The notes: generated from the sequence alone by a model not told the origin. 64,000 bases of DNA from an uncultured Candidatus Rokubacteria bacterium (GCA_963826115.1 CAWGVS010000012.1:576001-640000); one strand, 5' to 3'. Counted from the first letter of the stretch, positions 32,507-43,461 are shown. Program-made: numbers and translations.

Positions 32507-32740
32507 CTGGGCCTCCGTGTCCGGCGTCTCTAGATGTCCACCGGCTCTTGACGGCCCATAGAGCAACGCGGATGCCAGCGACACATCTTTCGTAGATACG
32601 GTCATTTAGAGCCGACACTGCGGCTCACGCCGTAGGTTCGCCAGTGGCGAAGGCGAAGATCCGCCACCGGCGCCAGCTCTCGGAGCGGCCAGTTCCTACC
32701 AGTCAGGCGCGCGGCGCCACGACCCGGCCGGCGGCGCCGC

Positions 32741-34126
32741 CTACGGGTTGGTCGGCCAGACCGGCTGGTGGCTGCCGAGCGGCACGGTGGGGCGGGCCCA
32801 GTAGGGCGGCGTCTCCGACAGCTCGAGGGCCGGCTTGAGATGTCGGAGCCGGCCGAAGGGCGTGTCCGTCTCGACGCAGAGCTCCGCGGGATCGCCGGTC
32901 CCGCTCGCCTGGGCCGGGTCGCAGGTCGCGCCGAGGCGGACGAACCACATCCCGCTCCGGCAGAGCGAGGCGCGCACGTGATAGCTGCCGCCTTCGCGCG
33001 CGCGTCGGCCGAGCGCCACGAGCGTGCCCAGCGCCGCCAGGTACCCGGTCGTGAAGTCGCAGGCGGCGACCGGCATCCGTTCCGGTCGGTCGGGCCGGCC
33101 CTGGGCCGCCGCGATGCCGGTGACTGTCTGGGCGAGCTGCTCCCAGCCCGGGCGTGCCTCCCAGGGGCCCGCGTGGCCGTAGCAGTTGATCGAAACGTAG
33201 ATCAGGCCGGGCCGCAGGGCCGCGAGCTCGTCGGGGCCGAAGCCGCGCCGCGCGAGCGAGCCGGCTCGGTAGCCCTGCGCGAAGACGTCGGTGTGGCGGA
33301 CCAGCTCGCGCAGCCGCGTCGCGTCGTCGGGCTGGTCGAGATCGAGGAAGGCCGAGAGCTTGCCGTGGTTCGTGTCCATCACGAAGGCGTCCGGGTTGGG
33401 CAGCCAGGGGGACGCGATGTAGAGCACGTCGGCGCCGTGCTCGGCCAGCGTCCGGGCGTGTGACGGTCCCGCGAGGATTCGCGTCAGGTCGAGCACCCGC
33501 ACGCCGGACAGCGGTCGCTCTCCGGCCGGCAATGGCTCCGGCGCGGACTCGCCCAGCTTGACGATCTCGACCCGCGGTCGATCGGCGAGCGCGCGGCCCT
33601 GGGGGTGCGCGGCCCACTCCTCGGCGGTGCGCACCATCGCGCCGCACTGACCGGCCTGGGCGAGCGTGTCTTCCAGCGCCTCGCCGTCCCAGCCCGCCAC
33701 CGCGGCCGCGACGGACTCGCGCGCGCGTGCGCAGCCGAGCACCCGCATCGTGCCGTAGGCGAGGTTCGACAGGGCGCCGTGCACGTGCACCCAGCGGCCG
33801 TCGCGGCAGCGGTAGAAATCCACCAGCGGGTTGCCCGTGGCAGGCCCGACCGGGCCCGGCCCGCCGTCGAGCCTGAGATAGTCCCGGCTGTGCAGCGACG
33901 CCGCGGCCCGCCGGACGTCGACGCGCACCCGCTGGGGCCGGCCGCCGCGGAGTTCCCAGAGGTCCGACACCGCCACGCCGCAGGCGGCCAGCGCCACCGC
34001 CGCCGCCTCGCCGACCGGGAAGCGGTAGCCGAGGACCGGGTCACGTCCGTCGATCGTCGCCTGCACACCCTGTGAAGGCTTCAGGCCGACCTCGCCCAGC
34101 AGATCGTGGACTCGAGCGTCGATCAT
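32741..34126 (-). CDS. CoA-transferase family III (CaiB/BaiF), paralog of 3730-5142
   Basis: PLSGVRVLDLTRILAGPSHARTLAEHGADVL; C-terminus WARPTVPLGSHQPVWP resembles the first copy. Confidence 0.92.
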   Translation of the reverse strand: MIDARVHDLLGEVGLKPSQGVQATIDGRDPVLGYRFPVGEAAAVALAACGVAVSDLWELRGGRPQRVRVDVRRAAASLHSRDYLRLDGGPGPVGPATGNPLVDFYRCRDGRWVHVHGALSNLAYGTMRVLGCARARESVAAAVAGWDGEALEDTLAQAGQCGAMVRTAEEWAAHPQGRALADRPRVEIVKLGESAPEPLPAGERPLSGVRVLDLTRILAGPSHARTLAEHGADVLYIASPWLPNPDAFVMDTNHGKLSAFLDLDQPDDATRLRELVRHTDVFAQGYRAGSLARRGFGPDELAALRPGLIYVSINCYGHAGPWEARPGWEQLAQTVTGIAAAQGRPDRPERMPVAACDFTTGYLAALGTLVALGRRAREGGSYHVRASLCRSGMWFVRLGATCDPAQASGTGDPAELCVETDTPFGRLRHLKPALELSETPPYWARPTVPLGSHQPVWPTNP

Positions 34127-34237
34127 CTCTGCCTCCGCGCGACTCTGGGTCAGTACGTGACCGAGGCGCCCCCCATGGGACCCGACCGAGAAGGGGCTTT
34201 ATGTAAACTACCCTCTGAGCTGCAACTGGTGGACCGG

Positions 34238-34445
34238 AAACACGAATCGGGGGGCGTCGCCGCCCCCGATCGAGTGGTGAGCCGTGAAGGGATCGAACCT
34301 TCAATCTACTGACTAAGAGGTGGTTCCGTGACCGAACTCCTACGCACTCAGGAGAGCTAAGACGACGAATCTTCTGCGCGGCCGCGTGATGGATGTTCGC
34401 CTGCATGTGGTGGAGTTCGGTGGAGCTTGGCACTGGCATGTCACC
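34238..34445 (-). repeat. att-like site 5: terminator, tRNA-Lys 3' fragment, type-A arm
   Basis: Core 34275-34319 (3 mismatches); TGGCAC at 34428, 109 bp from core. Confidence 0.95.
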
Positions 34446-34613
34446 GGAGATTCGTTATCAGCCAGACTTTAGACATGAAATCCTGCGTCTTTGGTACTTG
34501 CCCGAGGCTGGCGCCACTCGGGTCCCACTGCCAGCCCACGGTGCTCGAGTTGTGAACGACGACACAGATCGGCCGCGGCATCATACGGATCGACCTACTC
34601 AGGTCGTCCACAC

Positions 34614-35597
34614 CTACACTCGTCGTGCTGTCTTCTTCCTTGGCCGAGTGGGGTGCGGCGCGTTTGCGCCTTCGACTCCCTGCTCTCGACGATACTGCCC
34701 CGGGGAGATCCCCATGACCCGTCGGAATACCTTGCCAAAGGCACTGTCGGATTCGTATCCGACCGCGGCGGCAATCGCCGCGAGCTTCGCCGCACGGCTC
34801 TCCCGCATCATGCTCGCGGCCCGCACCATCCGCCACTGCGTGAGGTGCTCAAGGGGCGTTTCCCCGACGAGCGCCCGGAATCGTGCGGCGAACGCCGAGC
34901 GAGACATCGATACCCTGTGCGCCAGGGTCGGCACGGTCCACCCGTGTCCGGGCTGAAGATGTATGAGTCGCAAGGCCTCGCCCATCTGCTCGTCGCCGAG
35001 CGCCCGAAGCCAGCTCGGGCTCCCGCTCAACACCGACGACTGAATGCGGCTGCGCATGGCTTGAACGAAGAGCACCTCGGCCAGCCGATCCACGATCGCG
35101 GCGGATCCGGGCAGGTCCTGCACGGTCTCGGCCGCGATGAACTGCAACGTGGACTGGAACCACGGCGTCGAGTGCGGCCCGGAGGCGGGCAGATGGAGGA
35201 TCGGCGGGAGGTGCTTGACGAGAAGGTCGCTCTCCGGTGACGCGAACGTGAAGCACCCGGCGACGACCGACGTCGGGGCGCCGGGACCCCCGTACCGGAT
35301 GAGCCGCGACTGTTGAAAGGCCTCGGGCGTCGTGACCTCCCGCACGGAGCGGACACGGATCCCGGGGTTATTTCGGAGTGAATAAGTTCGGGGGGCCGGC
35401 AGGAAGACAAAGTCACCCCCGACAAGCGGGGTGAGCGGGAGCTCGTCCACCCCAAGCACGCAGGCGCCGCGGGTCACGATGAGGCAGATGCCTTTGCCGG
35501 CGGGGAACTCGAGGCCGAACGGCGCGGTCAGCTCGATCCGGCCGTAGAGGTGCCCCTGCGTCCGGAGCAGCGCCATGATCTCAGCGAGAACATCCAT
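34614..35597 (-). CDS. AraC-family transcriptional regulator (cupin_6 N-terminus)
   Basis: MDVLAEIM, WTVPTLAHRVSMSRSAFAARF, VGYESDSAFGKVFRR; divergent from the SDR operon. Confidence 0.93.
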   Translation of the reverse strand: MDVLAEIMALLRTQGHLYGRIELTAPFGLEFPAGKGICLIVTRGACVLGVDELPLTPLVGGDFVFLPAPRTYSLRNNPGIRVRSVREVTTPEAFQQSRLIRYGGPGAPTSVVAGCFTFASPESDLLVKHLPPILHLPASGPHSTPWFQSTLQFIAAETVQDLPGSAAIVDRLAEVLFVQAMRSRIQSSVLSGSPSWLRALGDEQMGEALRLIHLQPGHGWTVPTLAHRVSMSRSAFAARFRALVGETPLEHLTQWRMVRAASMMRESRAAKLAAIAAAVGYESDSAFGKVFRRVMGISPGQYRREQGVEGANAPHPTRPRKKTARRV

Positions 35598-35793
35598 CTT
35601 TCACCCGTCGATCTGGCGTATTGGACCAATAATAGCGCCTTCTAGACATGAATCGTCCATCGCGCATGGCGTAATCTGCCATCGATGAGACGCAGCATAG
35701 ACCGTGACACGCGCGAGGTCCATCCTTCGCCGACAGGCGACGGGGCGGCCGAGCCGACGGTCGGCGAAGCGCCCCGACAACCAGGAGGTCCGG

Positions 35794-36123
35794 ATGTCCA
35801 TGCATCTGCCACGGCCGATCGAGGTCTATTTCTCACCAGGCACGGCCCACGACACGGACGCCCTTGCCACATGCTTTGACGTGAACGCCACGGTCCGGGA
35901 TGAAGGCCGTACGTTCGAGGGTTTGGCTGCCATCACGGCGTGGAGGACCGAGACAAAGAAGCGATATCGCTACACGGTCGAGCCAGTCGAGGCAGTTCAG
36001 CGGGACGGCCAGACCGTCGTCACGGCGAGAGTCTCCGGTGACTTCCCCGGCAGCCCGGTCACTCTGACGTTCATCTTCAGGCTCGAGCGCGACCGCATCA
36101 CATCGCTGGAGATCCGGTCATGA
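35794..36123 (+). CDS. SnoaL-like/NTF2-family protein
   Basis: AGGAGG RBS; [34 protein letters not shown]. Confidence 0.88.
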   Translation: MSMHLPRPIEVYFSPGTAHDTDALATCFDVNATVRDEGRTFEGLAAITAWRTETKKRYRYTVEPVEAVQRDGQTVVTARVSGDFPGSPVTLTFIFRLERDRITSLEIRS

Positions 36124-36902
36124 GCGACCATCTCGAGCTGGATGGCCGCCGGGCGCTTGTGACTGGCGGCACCCAGGGGATCGGTCACGCGGTGGCGACG
36201 CGGCTACGCGAGGCCGGGGCGACGGTGCTCACGACCGCCCGCGCCCGGCACGATGACTCGTCCCCGGAAGATCGGTTCGTGGCGGCGGACCTGAGCACCG
36301 CCGACGGCTGCGCCACCGTCGCGGACGCCGTCCGGCAGCGGCTCGGCGGCATCGACATCATCGTCCATGTCGTTGGCGGCTCTTCGGCGCCTGGAGGCGG
36401 ATTCGCGGTCCTGAACGATGCCGAGTGGCAGCGCGCGCTCGATCTCAACCTCTTTCCGGCAGTCCGGCTCGACCGCGCGCTCCTGCCGGCGATGGTGCGC
36501 CAGGGCGCGGGCGTGATCGTCCATGTCACATCGATTCAACGGCAGTTGCCGCTGCCCGACGCCACCCTGGCCTATGCCGCGGCGAAGGCGGCGCTCGCCA
36601 ACTACAGCAAGGGCCTGTCAAAGGAGGTGGCCGCGAAAGGCATCCGCGTAGTCCGCGTCTCCCCGGGCTGGGTGGAAACCGACGCGGCCGTTGGCCTGGT
36701 CAAGAAGTTGGCGGCGAGCCAGGGGACGGACTACGAGGGGGCCCGTCAGGCGCTGATGGCGTCCCTCGGCGGGATCCCGATCGGGCGGCCAGCAAAGCCG
36801 TGGGAGGTCGCCGATCTCATCGCGTTCCTCGTGTCTCCCCGCGCCGCCGCGATCACCGGCACGGAGTACGTGATCGACGGGGGGACAGTACCGACCGCAT
36901 GA
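36120..36902 (+). CDS. Short-chain dehydrogenase/reductase
   Basis: [29 protein letters not shown]. Confidence 0.95.
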   Translation: MSDHLELDGRRALVTGGTQGIGHAVATRLREAGATVLTTARARHDDSSPEDRFVAADLSTADGCATVADAVRQRLGGIDIIVHVVGGSSAPGGGFAVLNDAEWQRALDLNLFPAVRLDRALLPAMVRQGAGVIVHVTSIQRQLPLPDATLAYAAAKAALANYSKGLSKEVAAKGIRVVRVSPGWVETDAAVGLVKKLAASQGTDYEGARQALMASLGGIPIGRPAKPWEVADLIAFLVSPRAAAITGTEYVIDGGTVPTA

Positions 36903-36925
36903 GGGTGCCGGCCTGAGATGAGGCC

Positions 36926-37131
36926 AAACGAATCGGGGGCGTCGCCGCCCCCCGATCGAGTGGTGAGCCGTGAAGGAATCGAACCTTCAATCTACTGATC
37001 AAGAGTCCCGACCGGGCCCTATCTGAGCCGACCGTAGAGGATCCATCCCCGCAAGATTTCGGCGTTGAGCCGTCGGACGAGAGCGTTCCAGTGCGTCCTG
37101 ATGCGGGTGCGTTGGTAGCCGGTCGGTAGCC
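36926..37131 (-). repeat. att-like site 6: terminator, tRNA-Lys 3' fragment, type-C arm
   Basis: Core 36961-37005 (2 mismatches); TGGTAGCC (37113) and CGGTAGCC (37124); extra core trace AACCTACTGATT at 37157-37168. Confidence 0.92.
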
Positions 37132-37445
37132 AACAACGGGCGCACGTAGGCGCCCGAACCTACTGATTGGCGATCCGTATCAGGATCATCCTGGCATACA
37201 AGTACGACACCCTCTCTTCAAGGCGGTTCGCGTCTGCATCCGAGCCCAAGGCGCTGCTGGCGATGTCGGATGTCAGCCGGCAGCCGCGCCTCGAGGAGTT
37301 GCCAAGCTACACACGAAAGCGCGCCGCCCGGCGGGATCTCTGGCAATCATGCTCAGCCGCATCCACGCTCGGGCTACAATGCGTTCGCCTGGGGGAGCTT
37401 CATGAGGGCCACTCGCATAGAGGCGGGCACGGCTTGGCCCGTCGA

Positions 37446-39119
37446 ATGATGACGGAGCGCCAGGGCTCCCTGGGCATCGGTTACCCGAGTCAGTCCTCGC
37501 GCCGGGGGTTTCTCCGTCTCTTCGGTTTGGCGGCGGGCGGGGCGGGCCTGGCCGCGTGGCAACCCGAGCCGGCCGCCGCCCAGCAGGGGTCCGCCGGGCC
37601 GCGAGCCGGCGGTGAACTGGTGGTGGCCACTTGGGACGAGCCGATCTCTCTCGACCCGGCCAACACTGCCGCAGCGGGTCTGAACCCGGTCAAACTGATC
37701 TTCGACCCGCTGGTCGTCCAGAGTGGAGACTTCACGCCCTACCCCGGAGTGGCGGAGTCATGGGAGGTGTCCGCGGATGGTAGGGCGTACACCTTCCGGT
37801 TGAAGAGGGACGTCAAGTTCCATGACGGCGCGCCTCTCGACGCCCACGCGGTCAAGTTCAGCCTGGACCGCGCTACCGGTCCCCAGGCAAAGGCGAACTT
37901 CACGATTTCGCTCGCTAGTGTCTACCAGACCACCGAGGTGATCGACGGTCTGACTGCGCGGGTCGTTCTGAAGCAACCGTATGCGGCGTTCTTCCATGCG
38001 CTGGCGGAGGGGTACTACTCGATCGTCTCACCCGATGCGGCGCGGAAGCACGCGATGGAGTTCGATCGTAACCCGGTCGGGAGCGGGCCGTACATCTTTC
38101 AAGAGTGGCTCTCAAAGAGTCATGTCACCCTCAAGAGAAACCCTGACTACGCTTGGGGGTCGATCCTCTTCAAGCACCAGGGGCCGGCGTACCCTGACCG
38201 GCTCACGTTCCGTCTGGTTCCGGAGAGCTCGACCCGTCTGGCCACGATCGAGACCGGCGAGGTCCACGTCGCGCAGGAGATCCCGCCGGAGGAGGTCGAA
38301 CGCCTCAAGAGGCATGCGGGGCTCCAGGTGTTGAGCCGGATCGCTCCCGGCACCTGCGCGCAGCTCATGCTCAACACCACTCAGCCGCCGGTGGACGACA
38401 TCAGGGTCCGCCAGGCCCTGGAGTACGCCGTCGACCAGGACGAGCTGTGCAAGGTGCTCTTCCGGGGTGCCCTCACCCCTGCCCGCACGCCGCTGGCGCC
38501 GGGCACCTTGGGCTACGAGGACAACCTCACCAGGTTCTATCGCACCGACCACGCGAAATCCCGTGCCCTGCTGGAAGCGGCCGGCTGGCGGCTCGGTAAC
38601 GACGGCATCCGCACCAGGCAGGGCCACCGCCTCGAGTTGTCGATCAACATCGTCAGCGCCAGCATCCAGACGCTTCCGATCAAGGTGGCCGAGGTGGTGC
38701 AAGCTCAGCTTCGCGAGGTGGGTATCTTCCTGGTCATCAAGCAGACCGACACCGCCGCCTTGTTCGCGATCCTGAGGGCGGGGAGCCAGCAGATGGTGCT
38801 CGGCTGGCGCGCCGGCTCGGACCCGGACGTCCTGCGCCCGCTCTTTCACTCCAGCTTCTTCGGAAAGTCTCCGGTCGCGCGGATCCGCTTCAAACACGAG
38901 CGGCTCGATCGGTTGCTGGAGCAAGGCACGCTCGAGCTCGACCGCACCAGGCGCCAGGCGATCTACAAAGAGGTTCAGGAGATCGCCCTCCAGAACGCCC
39001 TGGTCGTGCCGCTCTGGAACCGCCACGCCTTCGTAGCGGCGCGATCCGAGGTCCGAGATCTCGGCCTCGACCCGCGGGGAGACGTCAGCCTGTACGACGC
39101 CTGGCTCCCGAGGGGGTGA
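37446..39119 (+). CDS. ABC peptide/nickel transporter substrate-binding protein (family 5), Tat-exported
   Basis: SRRGFLRL, GGELVV, AESWEVSADGRAYTFRLKRDVKFHDG, PVGSGPY; start approximate. Confidence 0.92.
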   Translation: MMTERQGSLGIGYPSQSSRRGFLRLFGLAAGGAGLAAWQPEPAAAQQGSAGPRAGGELVVATWDEPISLDPANTAAAGLNPVKLIFDPLVVQSGDFTPYPGVAESWEVSADGRAYTFRLKRDVKFHDGAPLDAHAVKFSLDRATGPQAKANFTISLASVYQTTEVIDGLTARVVLKQPYAAFFHALAEGYYSIVSPDAARKHAMEFDRNPVGSGPYIFQEWLSKSHVTLKRNPDYAWGSILFKHQGPAYPDRLTFRLVPESSTRLATIETGEVHVAQEIPPEEVERLKRHAGLQVLSRIAPGTCAQLMLNTTQPPVDDIRVRQALEYAVDQDELCKVLFRGALTPARTPLAPGTLGYEDNLTRFYRTDHAKSRALLEAAGWRLGNDGIRTRQGHRLELSINIVSASIQTLPIKVAEVVQAQLREVGIFLVIKQTDTAALFAILRAGSQQMVLGWRAGSDPDVLRPLFHSSFFGKSPVARIRFKHERLDRLLEQGTLELDRTRRQAIYKEVQEIALQNALVVPLWNRHAFVAARSEVRDLGLDPRGDVSLYDAWLPRG

Positions 39120-39270
39120 GCGTCCGCGAGGTTCTAGCGTCGAGTCGAGCGCCTCGTGGAGACACACGGCGAGCATCACGAGGCTGCCAGTCGACGAGAT
39201 TCCAACCGACACGAGCCGATGTGGCCCCCTTGGCGCTCTCCAACGACCGGCGATCGCGTCCGCTCGCGCC

Positions 39271-39597
39271 TTACGCAAGTGTCGCGAAGGCGCAGAGTCG
39301 CGCCTCCGTGACCGCGAGCATCCAGCCTTGCAGACTGACGGTGCGACCTTCTTCAAAATCGTCCCGCGTCCGAAGTCGCACGAATTCGCGGAGCTGTATC
39401 CGGCCCAGAGCCCGCAACCTTGCCGTGTCCTCACGCGAGCAGATCAGATCCAGGAGGACCCTCTCGTCTACCTCCTCGGGAACGCTCCGCAGGGACTCGG
39501 CGCCAACAACCCCGGCGCTCTCCCTTTCCTCGAGGAGGCTCAGGAATCTCGCCGCGAGACTTCTGCGGCTCTGCCCTTCAACCCATTCTGCCCACAC
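39271..39597 (-). CDS. Small hypothetical partner of the GMC oxidoreductase, N-terminus possibly frameshifted
   Basis: DDFEEGRTVSLQGWMLAVTEARLCA; an RRRF Tat-like start appears upstream in another frame near 39677. Confidence 0.55.
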   Translation of the reverse strand: MWAEWVEGQSRRSLAARFLSLLEERESAGVVGAESLRSVPEEVDERVLLDLICSREDTARLRALGRIQLREFVRLRTRDDFEEGRTVSLQGWMLAVTEARLCAFATLA

Positions 39598-39673
39598 GGG
39601 CCACGTCAGTTCCGGCAGTCCGCAGCTCAGGGTCGTCTCGGGAATCGGCGGCGCTGGTCGCGGATCTGCGTCC

Positions 39674-41266
39674 TCACTTCATAAGACCTGTTATGCGGTC
39701 GGCCAGCCGCAGTGCAAGGGCAACGATCGTGAGTGTCGGAGTCCCCGAGCCACTCGTCGGGAAAACGGAGCTTCCGGCGACGAAGAGATTCCGCATCCCG
39801 TGGACTCGGCAATGTCGGTCCACGACGCCTTGCTCGGGGTCGTCGTGCATGCGCGTAGTTCCCATGTGATGCCAAGATCCGAGCGTCTCGGCGGGCCACG
39901 TGGCCTCGTTGTCGTCCAACAATACTTCCACCCGGCCGAGTCCGGCACGGCCGAGTTCCCTCCCGATAACTTCCAGGGCTTGCCTTGCGCTCAGCTTGTC
40001 GATCGCGCTCAGCCGCCAGTGCACCGCAACCCGCCGCTGCCCTAGCCGGTCACGCTCCATGCCTAGCGTCACCCGGCTCTCGGGATTTGGGGCCGGATCG
40101 ATCCTCGTGATCAGGTTGATGCGGTCGACGGGCGCCGCCTGCCGACCGCGCGCCCACCAGTAGGCCGCCACCGTCACGTCGTCGAGGTCGCGGATGACGT
40201 TCCCGACGTGCTTCCCGAAGCTGTCCGGCACTTCCCCTTGGCGAAGCTTTCCCAAGAGGTACTTGATGGACGCGACCCCCCTGGAGCTCGACGCCCTGAC
40301 GTATGATTCATCGTATCCCGGGTCGAGTCTCACCTGCACATCGACGACTCTCAAGCGACGCTGGGCGGGCGGCGACAGGGCTAGAGATCCCCTGATGCTC
40401 GTGTTGGCCACGACATGAAATCGGTAGAACTGCGGCATCAAAGAGTCAGCCGGGCGAAAGAGGCCACCGACGAAGGTGGGGTGATCAGCGAAAAACCTCC
40501 CGACGAGATCGTTGCCGTTGCCGAGACCGGTCGGTTGGATCCGATTCGACAGGAGGAGCAGACGGGCGTTCTCGATGCCACCGGCCGCCAGCACGAACAC
40601 CTTCGCCGCCACCAAGAAGCTGGTGCCCGTGAGACAGGCCACGCGGAGATGGGTGACGGTCCTCGCGGTCTCTTCGGTTTCGATTTCGGTCACGTTGGCA
40701 TTGAGGTACGTCGTGACGTTCTCCGCTCGGACAACCTCGTCCCGGTAGGTCTCGCCGAATCTCTTGAGCGGGTCGGGCGCTTCCTGCGTGACCGCCGTGA
40801 TCACGGCGTCTGCGTTCACTGACAGCGGTGCGTATCGATCGAGCGTCTGCCAATAGCTCGCCTCCCAGTGGGAGGAGCTGAGCTGACAGATGGATCGGGC
40901 GCGCTCGTAGAAGGGTTCCAGCTCGGCCTTGCGGAACGGCCACCCACTGTGGGGAATCCAGTCGCGGGCCTCGAAGTCGAGATCAGTAAGCGGTCGGCAT
41001 GCGCCATACCAGTGGTTCGTCGTCCCCCCGAAACAACGCAAGCGCGCCGTCCGGAGGGGGAGGGACGGAAGTCCGGTACTCTTGCCATCGGCGAGCGACT
41101 GGGTGTCTTCGTCGGGTCTGAATCCGCCGCTCTCCAGAAGACACACGCGAAACGGCCGACCGGCGAACTCGCGGGTCAGCGTAATCCCAGCCGCGCCGGC
41201 GCCGATGACGCAGACGTCCGTCTGAACGGTGGACCTGTCCGGTACGGAGCGGGCGTCAACGACCAC
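39674..41266 (-). CDS. GMC family FAD oxidoreductase
   Basis: DVCVIGAGAAG, GGTTNHW, LAAGGIENARLLL, HHMGTTRM, SSVFPTSG..PTLTIVALA. Confidence 0.95.
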   Translation of the reverse strand: MVVDARSVPDRSTVQTDVCVIGAGAAGITLTREFAGRPFRVCLLESGGFRPDEDTQSLADGKSTGLPSLPLRTARLRCFGGTTNHWYGACRPLTDLDFEARDWIPHSGWPFRKAELEPFYERARSICQLSSSHWEASYWQTLDRYAPLSVNADAVITAVTQEAPDPLKRFGETYRDEVVRAENVTTYLNANVTEIETEETARTVTHLRVACLTGTSFLVAAKVFVLAAGGIENARLLLLSNRIQPTGLGNGNDLVGRFFADHPTFVGGLFRPADSLMPQFYRFHVVANTSIRGSLALSPPAQRRLRVVDVQVRLDPGYDESYVRASSSRGVASIKYLLGKLRQGEVPDSFGKHVGNVIRDLDDVTVAAYWWARGRQAAPVDRINLITRIDPAPNPESRVTLGMERDRLGQRRVAVHWRLSAIDKLSARQALEVIGRELGRAGLGRVEVLLDDNEATWPAETLGSWHHMGTTRMHDDPEQGVVDRHCRVHGMRNLFVAGSSVFPTSGSGTPTLTIVALALRLADRITGLMK

Positions 41267-41285
41267 TGGGCCGTCGCTCCGTCAC

Positions 41286-42212
41286 TCAGCGAGGCTCTAG
41301 CGTCGGGTCGAGCGCCTCGCGAAGGCCGTCTCCCAGGGCGTTGATCGAGAGCACCGTCAGCAGGATCATCACTCCGGGAAACGTCGAGACCCACCAGCCG
41401 CTGCGCAGGTACTCCCGGCCGCTGCTCACCATGGCACCCCACTCCGGCGTGGGCGGCTGAACGCCCAAACCGAGGAACGAGAGGCCCGCGGCGACCAGGA
41501 TCGCCGCCGCGACACCGAGCGTCGCGATCGCGATCACCGGAGTCAACGCGTTCGGAAGCACGTGGACCAACATCACTCGCGCATCGCGCCCGCCGGTTGC
41601 GCGGGCCGCTTCCACGTGGAGGCTGCTCTTGGCAGAGAGCACGCTCGCCCGTACAACCCGCGTGTAGTGCGGAACGTACGAGATGCCCACGGCAACCATC
41701 ACGCTTGTCAGACCAGGCCCGAGTATGGCGATCACGGCCAACGCGAGGAGAATGCCGGGAAAGGCGAGCAGCACGTCCATCACACGCATGATGAGCATGT
41801 CACGCCATCCGCCGTGGAACCCGGCCAGCACCCCGAGGACGAGCCCACATGTCAACGAGATCCCGACTGACATGAGCCCGATCCGGAGGGAGAGTCGGGC
41901 GCCGTAGAGTACACGACTGAAGACATCACGGCCGAGGTGGTCACTGCCGAAGATCTGCTGCGCGCTCGGTGGTTCCAGGACCCTCGCCGAGTCGATCTTG
42001 ATGGGATCGCGGGGCGCGACCAGCGGCGCCAGAGTCGCCAAGACCGCGACAAGGCTCAGGACCGCGCCACTCGCGAGCGCGACCCGGTCCCGTCGGAGGC
42101 GCCGAAGAGCCTCCAGCCAGGGGCCCCGGGGCGCCCGCGGCGCTCGGCAACAGAGGGCCGCCGCGGCCGGGCCTGCGGGCGCAGGCCATCCGGCACGACC
42201 TCGCTCACTCAT
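41286..42212 (-). CDS. ABC peptide transporter permease (DppC-like)
   Basis: FGSDHLGRDVFSRVLYGARLSL, EAARATG, LSFLGLGVQPPTPEWG, GDGLREALDP. Confidence 0.93.
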   Translation of the reverse strand: MSERGRAGWPAPAGPAAAALCCRAPRAPRGPWLEALRRLRRDRVALASGAVLSLVAVLATLAPLVAPRDPIKIDSARVLEPPSAQQIFGSDHLGRDVFSRVLYGARLSLRIGLMSVGISLTCGLVLGVLAGFHGGWRDMLIMRVMDVLLAFPGILLALAVIAILGPGLTSVMVAVGISYVPHYTRVVRASVLSAKSSLHVEAARATGGRDARVMLVHVLPNALTPVIAIATLGVAAAILVAAGLSFLGLGVQPPTPEWGAMVSSGREYLRSGWWVSTFPGVMILLTVLSINALGDGLREALDPTLEPR

Positions 42213-43128
42213 GTCGCATCCGCGGATCCAGCGCAGCGCAGAGGACGTCGACGGCGAGGTTGACCAGGACGTACGTCGCACCCGAAATGAGAACGAAGCC
42301 CTGCACGACGGGGACGTCTCGATTCAGGATCGCCTCCACGGCGAGCCGGCCCAAGCCCTGTCGGGCGAACACGTTCTCGACGATGACGCTGCCGCCGAGC
42401 AGCGCGCCAAACTGCAGTCCGACGATCGTGACGACCGGGATCAGCGCGTTCCTCAGGGCGTGCCGTACCAAGAGGACCCGATCCGACAGGCCCTTGGCGC
42501 GGGCCGTCGTGATGTACGGCTGGGCGAGCGCCTCGCGGGTCTTGGCCCGCGTCACCAGACTGATGACCGCCATCGCCTGGATGCCCAACGTGAAGGCAGG
42601 GAGGATCAGACGCTCCGGGCCACCCTGACCCGTGGCTGGAAGCCAGCCCAGCCACAACGAGAACACGAAGATCAGAAGCAACCCCAGCCAGAAGGACGGC
42701 ATCGAAACACCGACGAGCGAGAACGCAAGACTCGCTCGGTCGAGCCAGGTGCCGCGATGGTTGGCGGTCAGCATCCCGAGCGACAGCCCGAGCACGATCG
42801 CCAGACCAAGGCCCGTGATGGTGAGCTGAATCGTGCTCGGGGCCTGTTGAAGGAGTTCGTCGAAGACGGGACGGTTCGAGCGTACCGACCGGCCGAGGTC
42901 CCCGCGGATCAGGTTGCCCAGGAAGCGCACGTACTGAACGACGATGGGGTCATCCAGACCAAGCCGGGCGCGCAGCTCGGCGATGCGCTCGGGACGGTCC
43001 CCGGAGTCCCCGAGCATGACCAGAACCGGATCGCCGGGCAGCAGATGCAGCACGGCGAACGTGAGGATCGATACACCCAACACGACGGGAATCGCGGCGA
43101 GCAAACGGTGCCCCACATACCGCAGCAC
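42205..43128 (-). CDS. ABC peptide transporter permease (DppB-like)
   Basis: LLPGDP, LGLDDP, RGDLGRS, SMPSFWLG, TARAKGL, RHALRNALIP. Confidence 0.93.
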   Translation of the reverse strand: MLRYVGHRLLAAIPVVLGVSILTFAVLHLLPGDPVLVMLGDSGDRPERIAELRARLGLDDPIVVQYVRFLGNLIRGDLGRSVRSNRPVFDELLQQAPSTIQLTITGLGLAIVLGLSLGMLTANHRGTWLDRASLAFSLVGVSMPSFWLGLLLIFVFSLWLGWLPATGQGGPERLILPAFTLGIQAMAVISLVTRAKTREALAQPYITTARAKGLSDRVLLVRHALRNALIPVVTIVGLQFGALLGGSVIVENVFARQGLGRLAVEAILNRDVPVVQGFVLISGATYVLVNLAVDVLCAALDPRMRHE

Positions 43129-43461
43129 GGGGCTACAGTAGCCCACCGGGGCGGGCGCGGCAAAGCCACAGCTCTCACTGGTCCCACTGGGCGGCGCGAC
43201 GACGTCCCCCCCAAGGCGTGGTCACGCTTCAGAAGGCCCTGAGCACTCACGCTGCGGCGGGCGGGCGCTGGCCGTTGCGGGCGTGACCTAGCCGTTACGG
43301 TGTAGACCCGTCCTCGCCGCCGCCCACCCGGATCGCTGCTCCCGCGGCTCTGACCGAACCCATCGCGCCGGCACCCATACCTGGTTGACCTGGAGGCGAC
43401 GTGTGTCGCACGATGCGCGCGTTGGGCGACCCCGGCCGAACACGCGGGCGACGGAGATCCC

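Noticed and set aside
32606-32644. Possible attC half-site (TAGAGCCG..CGGCTCA..GTTCGCC)
   Set aside because: L-box-like pairing and a GTT are present, but there is no matching AAC R'' box; too weak to call.
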